DNA of 64,000 nucleotides from a virus. The DNA is taken from IMG/VR virus record IMGVR_UViG_3300031521_000009; one strand, 5' to 3'. This document shows, piece after piece, positions 29,408-36,899 of the stretch. The position numbers were made by a program, and so were the translations under genes. The stretch's first letter is position 1. Each line of letters begins with the position of its first letter. The notes under the pieces were generated by a model, which searched no databases, was not told where the DNA came from, and saw only the letters and a program-made list of their open reading frames with translations.

Positions 29408-29648
29408 AGGGTTCAAAGTAATAAGCACTACAGCTACTGAATGCCTACAATGGGGTGGATTTGGCGTGTGTGATCATTGTAATCAATCTTCTGATGAAGG
29501 TCGATTTATTGCAGTTCTTAATCATTGGATATGTCCTGAATGCTTTGATAAATGGCTTAAACGTGCTGTTGTCTATGAAGAGGACAAACCTTATGAGACT
29601 AAAGTATTTAATCGCTATGCTAAATTGCTTGGCTTGCCGATTAAGTAG
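29382..29648 (+). CDS. Conserved Bacteroidota-phage Zn-finger protein
   Basis: GGFGVCDHCN...AVLNHWICPECF. Confidence 0.7.
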   Translation: MAHRVENPKGFKVISTTATECLQWGGFGVCDHCNQSSDEGRFIAVLNHWICPECFDKWLKRAVVYEEDKPYETKVFNRYAKLLGLPIK

Positions 29649-29743
29649 TGATTGGAATAGCTTGGATAATTATCTCAATATACTAATGCTGATGTAGAAT
29701 AATGATAAATAATTATTAGGTAGCTAACAATTACAAATGGTTC

Positions 29744-29813
29744 GGGAGTGTAGCTCAAAGGTAGAGCACAACATTTTATGTTGAGGGTGATGGTTCGAGT
29801 CCATTTGGTCCCA
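29744..29813 (+). tRNA. Degenerate tRNA (pseudo-tRNA; anticodon ambiguous, UUU or UUA)
   Basis: D-arm GCTC-AAAGGTA-GAGC and T-arm GATGG-TTCGAGT-CCATT are intact; anticodon stem CAACA/TGTTG encloses only 5 nt (TTTTA); acceptor stem has a G-G mismatch. Confidence 0.65.
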
Positions 29814-29838
29814 CTAATATCAATAAACAATTATTACA

Positions 29839-30132
29839 ATGAGAAATTTAAATAAGATCATTTCTATTGTTTTAAAAATGATAGAGAATAATGAATGCGA
29901 AGATTTGACTAATGAAGAATTAGAACAAATATCAATACTTATTCATAGACCTACTACAATGGGCCGAGAAGATGCTGCTAAGTTTATGGGAGTATCACTA
30001 AATAAGTTCCATGAACTAAAAGACATGGGTATAATATCAGAACCGCGCAAACGTAAAGGATTCAAAGAGAAAGAATATTATCTATCTGATTTGAAAAAAG
30101 CATTAGAATTAAAGAAAAAACTAGACCTATAA
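29839..30132 (+). CDS. Excisionase-like HTH regulator with extra N-terminal helical domain
   Basis: MGREDAAKFMGVSLNKFHELKDMGIISEPRKRKGFKE winged-HTH motif. Confidence 0.75.
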   Translation: MRNLNKIISIVLKMIENNECEDLTNEELEQISILIHRPTTMGREDAAKFMGVSLNKFHELKDMGIISEPRKRKGFKEKEYYLSDLKKALELKKKLDL

Positions 30133-30162
30133 AATTCATTAGTACTAAGTTAGAGTAGTATA

Positions 30163-30179
30163 TAATTTTGACATGTCAA
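30163..30179 (+). promoter_or_regulatory. -7 promoter element overlapped by a 12-bp palindrome (candidate operator)
   Basis: TAATTTTG at 30163-30170; TTGACATGTCAA at 30168-30179. Confidence 0.55.
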
Positions 30180-30210
30180 CAATTCAGTTGGCAATTAAAA
30201 ACTATATATT

Positions 30211-30942
30211 ATGTTGACATTAGATGGTACACTACCAACTGGCTCATTAGGCGGTGGTAGTTCAATGGGTTCCGGAGTAGGTCTTGGAGCAGTCGGTGGT
30301 GGTGTTGCTGGGTTAGTTCTCGGTTCACTTCTTGCAAACAATGGTAATGGTTTGTTTGGTGGTGGTAACAATGGCAATGCAAATGTTGCTGAGTTTGGTG
30401 CTATCAATAACCAAATACAATCATTGGCCGGTCAAATCAGTAATACTGCATTGACTGGTCAAATTCGTGCTGATACTATTGACCTTTCTCAAAGTATTAG
30501 TAATGTAGGTACACAAATAGGACAATTGGCGACTGCTCAAGCTGCAGCTAATTTTACTACTTTGGATTCAATCAATGGATTGGGAAGAGATATTACCGCT
30601 TCTCAAAATCAGAATGCTCTTCAACAATTAAACAGTTTCAATAACCTTACTACAACTACATTGCAAGGCTTCAATAGCTCAGCAATGCAAGTACAAAATG
30701 CTACGAATCAAATCATAGCACAAGGTACGGCTAATGCAGCTGCTATGGCTCAATGCTGTTGTGAGATTAAGAGTACTATTCTTGCCGATGGTAATGCAAC
30801 ACGCGCACTTATCAATGACTTGAATGTTCAAAATTTACGGGATCAACTTTCTGCTGCTAACAACAAAATCAGTAACAATGAACAAAATCAGTATTTGTTG
30901 AATACTATTTTGACTCATATTACTCCTACAGCAGTAGTTTAA
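30211..30942 (+). CDS. Gly-rich N-terminal, coiled-coil CCC-motif phage protein
   Basis: GLGAVGGGVAGLVLGSLL hydrophobic segment, N/Q/T-rich heptads, AQCCCEIK...DGNATRALI motif. Confidence 0.75.
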   Translation: MLTLDGTLPTGSLGGGSSMGSGVGLGAVGGGVAGLVLGSLLANNGNGLFGGGNNGNANVAEFGAINNQIQSLAGQISNTALTGQIRADTIDLSQSISNVGTQIGQLATAQAAANFTTLDSINGLGRDITASQNQNALQQLNSFNNLTTTTLQGFNSSAMQVQNATNQIIAQGTANAAAMAQCCCEIKSTILADGNATRALINDLNVQNLRDQLSAANNKISNNEQNQYLLNTILTHITPTAVV

Positions 30943-30953
30943 TACTTGCAATT

Positions 30954-31262
30954 ATGGCCAGTCCAGTAATTGTAGGTACTTCGGCTATAGTAGTCGCTCC
31001 TATAAATAAGAAAAGAAGTAACATTCGATTTCAGAATACCAGTACTAATATAATCTATATAAAGAAAATTCCTTTGAGTGGTCCTTATTCGGTTGTATCT
31101 GCTACTGATTATGAAATTCAATTGTTCCCGGCATCATCTTCTCAGGAAGGTGGTGAAGCATTCGAAACTAACTCTATTGCATCTTTTATGGCTATTGCAG
31201 CCGGAGCAAGTAGTGCTTTAGCAGTTTATGAAACTAATAAGGTAACCTCTAAAACTCATTAA
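30954..31262 (+). CDS. Small beta-sandwich protein
   Basis: NKKRSNIRFQNTSTNIIYI pattern; co-oriented with the CCC protein. Confidence 0.6.
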   Translation: MASPVIVGTSAIVVAPINKKRSNIRFQNTSTNIIYIKKIPLSGPYSVVSATDYEIQLFPASSSQEGGEAFETNSIASFMAIAAGASSALAVYETNKVTSKTH

Positions 31263-31263
31263 G

Positions 31264-31449
31264 ATGGAAGAAATAACATTGCATTTACCTCTTAGTAAGG
31301 TAATAGAACTTGTTAGACAAGAGGAAAGAATGATGATTAAGAAATTTTTAGCTACAAATTTAAATCAACAAACTGCTGATTACATTGATCAGTATGTTCC
31401 TGTTGAATCAGAAGTATTGGCTATGTTTACATGTCCGGGCATCGGATGA
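31264..31449 (+). CDS. Hypothetical protein
   Basis: 61 aa; last gene before the terminator. Confidence 0.5.
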   Translation: MEEITLHLPLSKVIELVRQEERMMIKKFLATNLNQQTADYIDQYVPVESEVLAMFTCPGIG

Positions 31450-31466
31450 ATTTTGTAGTAGTATAT

Positions 31467-31503
31467 AAAAAGAGTTATGATTAATTTTGTAACTCTTTTT
31501 TTT
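31467..31503 (+). terminator. Intrinsic terminator
   Basis: AAAAAGAGTTA...TAACTCTTTTT followed by a T-run. Confidence 0.75.
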
Positions 31504-31526
31504 GTTTAATATTTAAATTAAATCAA

Positions 31527-31835
31527 ATGGAAAATGGTAAAGAACCTAGTGCAGATTTAGGTGTAAAAAAAGTACCTGCTAATGAAGCTATTGATGGTGG
31601 TGGACAACCTTTAGCAACTGCTAAATCAGTGTTGAATTATCCACGTAATGAAGAGCTTGTTATTCAATGTGTGATTAATAGTGAAGCCGAAGGATATGCT
31701 CTTTTAAGGGCATTACAAATCGTTGTGAATACCTTTGGTGCTACTACATGTACTCAGCTTGTTACTAAGCTTGAGAATAGTCCTAAGCTTGCTGATACTG
31801 TAAGAAAGTATATTCCTATTGTACTAGAAATGTAA
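31527..31835 (+). CDS. Hypothetical protein
   Basis: 102 aa ORF with A-rich leader. Confidence 0.6.
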   Translation: MENGKEPSADLGVKKVPANEAIDGGGQPLATAKSVLNYPRNEELVIQCVINSEAEGYALLRALQIVVNTFGATTCTQLVTKLENSPKLADTVRKYIPIVLEM

Positions 31836-31844
31836 TAATGGTAT

Positions 31845-31953
31845 GATCTAATGGCGGAATTGGTTATACGCATAGTAATTTAAAGAAAAGTCATACGAAC
31901 TACGGTGTCAGGCTTATACACTATAATTCTCTGTTCGAATCAGAGTTAGATCA
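31845..31953 (+). tRNA. tRNA-like RNA with a ~43-nt expanded anticodon loop
   Basis: Perfect acceptor GATCTAA/TTAGATC, Leu-like D-arm GCG-GAATTGGTTATA-CGC, perfect T-arm CTCTG-TTCGAAT-CAGAG; ATAGT/ACTAT stem encloses 43 nt. Confidence 0.65.
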
Positions 31954-31977
31954 CAAATTAATAATCAAATAATAATC

Positions 31978-32259
31978 ATGACTGAAACAACTTATGTACC
32001 TTTTAGTGATTTACAATCACAACCTGAGCAGTTATCAACAATAACTACTATTGAACCTTATAGTCCGGCTAATGCACAAGCGACTACTCAATGTAATCCT
32101 GTTCTTACTCATTGTTATGTATGTGGCAAAGGATGGGGTTATGGCTACTGGAAACATTGTGGATGCAATACAGTGCCAGTTGGTGATGGAACGTTGCTCT
32201 TTGCTATGTTTCTGACAGTTTATGCGCTATTCAAATACTTTAAAAGAAGAAAGATATGA
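31978..32259 (+). CDS. Cys-rich small protein with PID/PEP-CTERM-like sorting signal
   Basis: C-terminus VPVGDG-TM-KYFKRRKI. Confidence 0.6.
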   Translation: MTETTYVPFSDLQSQPEQLSTITTIEPYSPANAQATTQCNPVLTHCYVCGKGWGYGYWKHCGCNTVPVGDGTLLFAMFLTVYALFKYFKRRKI

Positions 32260-32409
32260 AACTAAAGCGTAAAAAGACATTCGTGTTCTTATTTTTATTG
32301 ATGGTATTGATAGGACTTATGTTCTTTTCTAGTGCTATCATTGAGATATTTGATATTGAATTAAGTAAACCTGCTCGAGTTTATTATGAACCCGACGAAA
32401 ACAAATAAA

Positions 32410-32991
32410 ATGAAAAAACTATTACTTCTATTGTGCTTATTACCCATAATGGCTATAGCGCAAAACTTTCTTTCCTTTGGTGGTGCTATTGTAGCTCCCA
32501 AAACAGATACCGGTAATGAAACTGGTGCCAGTCTATCCGCTTCGTTTAATCATATTATTGGACCAATAGTAATACAACCAGTAATGGCTATTACTATGAT
32601 GTCCGGGATAGATAATGAACGACGTAGAGAACGCCAATACTCATATAATGTAGAGATGGCTTCAATAGGTATTAATCTACTTAGTACTGGTAAGTTCTAT
32701 GGTGTTCTTGGCTTACATTATAATGCTAATACATTAAGCAATCAGTTTAAATTAGTTCCTAATCAATTTGATCGTACCTCACGTAATAATCTATTCTTTT
32801 CTGAATATGTTGGCATTGGTTATCGTACTTCTGTCAATATTGAATTTGGTCTTATGTATGCCAATACAAACTATATGGAAGGATATTGGCCTATAACCTC
32901 AAAGCATAACGATATGTACTTGCAATTTAAAGTATCGTATGATATTCCTCTTCATAGTAAATGTAATTGCGAACGTAAAAATTATTATTAA
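32410..32991 (+). CDS. Outer-membrane beta-barrel protein
   Basis: Signal peptide MKKLLLLLCLLPIMAIAQ; alternating strands (YVGIGYR, YLQFKVSYDIPL). Confidence 0.65.
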   Translation: MKKLLLLLCLLPIMAIAQNFLSFGGAIVAPKTDTGNETGASLSASFNHIIGPIVIQPVMAITMMSGIDNERRRERQYSYNVEMASIGINLLSTGKFYGVLGLHYNANTLSNQFKLVPNQFDRTSRNNLFFSEYVGIGYRTSVNIEFGLMYANTNYMEGYWPITSKHNDMYLQFKVSYDIPLHSKCNCERKNYY

Positions 32992-33001
32992 ATATAGCAT
33001 A

Positions 33002-33274
33002 ATGGAAAATACATTTTTTGTAATAACTAGAGGTATTAATGAATATGATCAAGATGGTGAATATTTTCATGCTGTATTTATTACAAAACCAACTAGAGAA
33101 GAACTGAGGTTATTATTTTATGGTAAAAAACATGCTCGTATTATTGGACCATCTAATGAAGAAAAATTCATTACTCATTTATTAAATGGTGGTGGTAGAC
33201 AAGAATATGAAAATGAATGGTATTATCTAACTGAAATAAAATCAGGTGAATTATATAAACATTATAGTAAATAA
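33002..33274 (+). CDS. Conserved phage hypothetical protein
   Basis: NEYDQDGEYF...GGGRQEYENEWYYL. Confidence 0.6.
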   Translation: MENTFFVITRGINEYDQDGEYFHAVFITKPTREELRLLFYGKKHARIIGPSNEEKFITHLLNGGGRQEYENEWYYLTEIKSGELYKHYSK

Positions 33275-33298
33275 AATTATTACTAAAACTCAAATAAA

Positions 33299-33628
33299 AT
33301 GAAAAAAGAAAAAGTATGTGTAGGTGATACTATCGTAGTTGATGTGTGTCAACCGAAGTTCGGCCGCTTTCCGATAGGTCGCCATCAAGGTATGATATGT
33401 AAGCTTACCTATCCGGATGGTCTGAAAAGATTAGAATACGGATGTGTGATAACAGCAACAGTACTTGTCATTAAAGATAAGTCGTTATCTGTTCTTGTGG
33501 AAGAAGTGACTAAGAGTGCTGCTGCAGCTAATGCTGAATTAAGCGTTTCAATTAGTTCCCTTGCTACTTTATGGGGTAAACAAAACAATCATACCAAGAA
33601 AGATAAATCTATCATTAGAACGCTTTAA
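33299..33628 (+). CDS. Hypothetical OB/TRAM-like protein
   Basis: Beta-rich 109 aa ORF. Confidence 0.5.
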   Translation: MKKEKVCVGDTIVVDVCQPKFGRFPIGRHQGMICKLTYPDGLKRLEYGCVITATVLVIKDKSLSVLVEEVTKSAAAANAELSVSISSLATLWGKQNNHTKKDKSIIRTL

Positions 33629-33638
33629 AATCGATATT

Positions 33639-34607
33639 ATGGACTTAGAAAAAAACATAGAAATAGCTGCAGAAGTATATTCTACTAATGGTTTTGGTAA
33701 ACCTGATGATTCTATGTCAGATCAAGATGGAATGTTTTTTGATTATTCAAAAGATTCATTTATTGATGGTGCTAAATCACAAGCTGCAAAAGATTATTGG
33801 TATAATGAGTTTAAAGCTGAAAAAACGCAAGAACCAAAACCAATGCATAATTTAATGGAAATGTTTAAAACTGCAGAAGGAATACTTATAGTAAAACCAC
33901 CAAAACATATAGATTTTGATAAACTTGTTGAATTGATAAAAGGTATCAGTAAGAAACCTACATTTGTTCAAGAAGATGAATCTGGTCTTGGTTTACATGG
34001 TATGCCTTTTAAAGTTGAGTTTCCAAAAGACTATCCTTGGAATGAACCGGTTATTATGACTGGTTGGAAAGAATACAAAGAGTATATGCGCGATTGTCCT
34101 GATCCATCTTTTACTTTTGAAGATTGGAAAAATATGATGACTAAATACAATCAAGTAACACGTAAAATTACTGATGAAATATCAGAAAGTGTTTTTGGTG
34201 TAGCTGGACATCCTATTGAAATTGTTCTTTCTGAAAAATGGTATCAACCAAATATATTTGATAAAACAGATTTATATGATGTTGAAGGAAAATCGAAAGG
34301 AATTATTATTGGTGTAGGACCAGGCAAATCATGTATGCAAGAATCTCATATACTAAGAGAATATGCTAAAAATGGTGGAGTTATCATTGGTGTTGCTAAT
34401 ATACCTAATATTGGAAAAGGATTAAGAATGGATCCAATTACTTTCAAAGAAATGTCTATTGGTATTACTGAACAAATAAAAGAAGTTCCTATATTTGATT
34501 ATACTGCTATAAGTAGAGATTATTTAGCAAATACTATTATAGAAGATAAGCCATGGGATACTAAAAAGCAAAAGCGTAACAATTACAAAAAGAAAAGAAG
34601 AAAGTAG
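33639..34607 (+). CDS. Hypothetical protein
   Basis: About 322 aa; basic C-terminal tail. Confidence 0.6.
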   Translation: MDLEKNIEIAAEVYSTNGFGKPDDSMSDQDGMFFDYSKDSFIDGAKSQAAKDYWYNEFKAEKTQEPKPMHNLMEMFKTAEGILIVKPPKHIDFDKLVELIKGISKKPTFVQEDESGLGLHGMPFKVEFPKDYPWNEPVIMTGWKEYKEYMRDCPDPSFTFEDWKNMMTKYNQVTRKITDEISESVFGVAGHPIEIVLSEKWYQPNIFDKTDLYDVEGKSKGIIIGVGPGKSCMQESHILREYAKNGGVIIGVANIPNIGKGLRMDPITFKEMSIGITEQIKEVPIFDYTAISRDYLANTIIEDKPWDTKKQKRNNYKKKRRK

Positions 34608-34848
34608 TTTTATTCAAATAATTTTATACATTTGCAGTCATGATACAATCAATAATTCATCCCATCACCAGCCAGACGTTTGCATTATGCAGCGACACAC
34701 AACAACACGTGATTACGGTTATTATTAGATTTGTTTCGGATATCAATCAAACTTTAAAGAAAGCCTATTGCAAAGCAACACTTGAACTATCTAGTTCGTA
34801 TGGTTAGATGCAAACAGGTGTCAGTAAAATAATAGATTGATATAAATT

Positions 34849-34883
34849 AAACGTCCAGGTACTTTATTGTATCTGGACGTTTT
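34849..34883 (+). terminator. Intrinsic terminator ending a promoter-driven ~240-nt leader/sRNA
   Basis: 14-bp stem AAACGTCCAGGTAC/GTATCTGGACGTTT; TACATTTG promoter at 34627-34634. Confidence 0.75.
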
Positions 34884-34907
34884 CGTTTCAAATTAAAAAC
34901 TAATAAA

Positions 34908-35183
34908 ATGCATACAGTAAAAATGTTGTTCGTAAAAGAACCGGTTGCTATTGTACCAACTGTTGAGTTACGTAGATACTCTTACGATACACAAGAAGAA
35001 CTTAAAGTTGGTGAAGTATATTCTTCTCCATCTTATCCAAAGAACTTCTTACAAGTAGATTCTATTGAGCCAAAAGACGAAAGTGTAGTATTACCATACA
35101 AGATCAAAGAACTTGTTATTGGTGAACCGTCGGCGATTGCAGTAAGTAACACAAACTTAGTATATCTCAAAAAAGTAAATTAA
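34908..35183 (+). CDS. Hypothetical protein
   Basis: 91 aa; RRYSYDTQEELKVG motif. Confidence 0.6.
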   Translation: MHTVKMLFVKEPVAIVPTVELRRYSYDTQEELKVGEVYSSPSYPKNFLQVDSIEPKDESVVLPYKIKELVIGEPSAIAVSNTNLVYLKKVN

Positions 35184-35184
35184 G

Positions 35185-35586
35185 ATGAAAAATCTCATTT
35201 ATAGCATATTGTCGATAATGCTGTTTGTCGGCATGTTCTTAGGTCTTGAATATGATTTCCGGACAAACAACAATCATGTTCTTGGACTATTCTCACCTAT
35301 TCAATGGATGGCAGTACTATTCCTATTTTGGATAACTATTGTACTTCTGAATATATGCCTTGCTTATGCACTTAAACGTGTACATATAGCTTCAAGCCTA
35401 TTATTCTATATTGAATCCGATGATGAATGTCAGTTATACGTTATACCTTTCATGCAAGTCATTGTGCTTTTAAATAATTTCTTTTGTTGGCTTGCTATTA
35501 TTAATGGTCGTATTAATGACGAGGAAAGAATGCAGAAAGAATTTGATGAAGAATTTCAAAAGAATACTATTGGTTCAAAGAATTAG
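35185..35586 (+). CDS. Membrane protein
   Basis: Three hydrophobic segments. Confidence 0.6.
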   Translation: MKNLIYSILSIMLFVGMFLGLEYDFRTNNNHVLGLFSPIQWMAVLFLFWITIVLLNICLAYALKRVHIASSLLFYIESDDECQLYVIPFMQVIVLLNNFFCWLAIINGRINDEERMQKEFDEEFQKNTIGSKN

Positions 35587-35884
35587 CTCTCTCTTTAATA
35601 GCTTTTGTTATTATCATATTACGCCTTATACAACGTTCAAGAAACACTTTGTAGATTATTTTTCTTTCAATTGGAGCTATTCGTATGCACCGGTTGAATT
35701 TGTGTGTCTTGTACACTGATAACGTAAGAAAACCTCCACGTTTAATGATATGGGAAATTACTTGACCATAATAGTTTAGTAGTCTTTCTATATCGTTACG
35801 CGTGACAGATTTAAAATTTACTGGATCCTGTTCTTTTACTTTGGCCAGGACTCTTTTACTTATCTCTTTATTTGTAAATAGCAT
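35567..35884 (-). CDS. HU/IHF-like protein, antisense to the early module
   Basis: TNKEISKRV...VTRNDIERLLNYYGQVISHIIKRGGFLTL; own TATCTTTG promoter at 35946-35953. Confidence 0.55.
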   Translation of the reverse strand: MLFTNKEISKRVLAKVKEQDPVNFKSVTRNDIERLLNYYGQVISHIIKRGGFLTLSVYKTHKFNRCIRIAPIERKIIYKVFLERCIRRNMIITKAIKERANSLNQ

Positions 35885-35977
35885 AATGTTGTTTATATCA
35901 ATTTCTACTATTGTAGATTAAATAGCATATCATAATGATTTGCGACAAAGATAACACTTTCATAAAACATAACGTAA

Positions 35978-36343
35978 ATGAAAACAAAATTAGTAAAACC
36001 GAATTTAAGCTCTTTTGAGCTAGCTAAATTGAATTTCTATGCTGACTACTTAGGTTACATATTTAAGTTCAACAGAGAGAAGAACAGTGCCCTTTTCGAA
36101 ACAATAGAAAAGGAAATTGCATACATACAAATGGATGAATACAATCATCTCTTTCTTGTGTGGAAAAATGACGAACGTATAGAATTTATTGATGAAAAGA
36201 TAAATATCTGTATCAAGCTCCATAAGATTAATATCCTTCCTGAGATATTCTCAACTATTTCATTAATCATTGGTATGCACGTCATGTGTGGTGAAACAGT
36301 TTCTAAACAAAAATATAAAAAGCTATGTCTACACACTTTGTAA
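35978..36343 (+). CDS. Hypothetical protein
   Basis: ORF track. Confidence 0.55.
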   Translation: MKTKLVKPNLSSFELAKLNFYADYLGYIFKFNREKNSALFETIEKEIAYIQMDEYNHLFLVWKNDERIEFIDEKINICIKLHKINILPEIFSTISLIIGMHVMCGETVSKQKYKKLCLHTL

Positions 36344-36660
36344 TTACAACTTATGATGAGTTCTTAGAAAAGCTTTATGTCTTATGTCCTATTGGTAATG
36401 CTGAGGTAATATACCAAGTTATGCTTACCATATTGAATAAACCACTTCCTACTAAAGAACTACTGACATTTGAATTACTATGCAAGCGATTCAAAGATTA
36501 TCAGAACTTCATTAAGCCGTTCAATGCCGGTGAGAAACAGTTTATCAAAAAAGACAAAGAAGAGAAAGAACTTGGAGCGTATATTCAATTGGAAATGTAC
36601 AAGAACGATTATAGCAAACAACACAATGATCCTAATGACTTTTATTTATTTGGAGTATGA
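36325..36660 (+). CDS. Hypothetical protein
   Basis: ORF track; translationally coupled to neighbours. Confidence 0.55.
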   Translation: MSTHFVITTYDEFLEKLYVLCPIGNAEVIYQVMLTILNKPLPTKELLTFELLCKRFKDYQNFIKPFNAGEKQFIKKDKEEKELGAYIQLEMYKNDYSKQHNDPNDFYLFGV

Positions 36661-36899
36661 AAGAAAATGAAAATAAAGATGTAATTACTCTTAATCCAGT
36701 AACTGCATTTAAGACCACAGATGGTCAGTTGTACGAAAATGATATTGATGCATTAGAACATCAAAAAGAATTGAATTTCGAGTCTGATATCATTGAATTT
36801 TCAGAAAATTATATTCCTTATGAATCTGACAAAAGTGATTTTGTTAGATATGTAATGGAAAATAAAGATTTATTGAAAGAAATATTTGATAGATTATGA
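36657..36899 (+). CDS. Hypothetical protein
   Basis: AFKTTDGQLYE..DALEHQ motif common in phage small proteins. Confidence 0.6.
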   Translation: MKENENKDVITLNPVTAFKTTDGQLYENDIDALEHQKELNFESDIIEFSENYIPYESDKSDFVRYVMENKDLLKEIFDRL

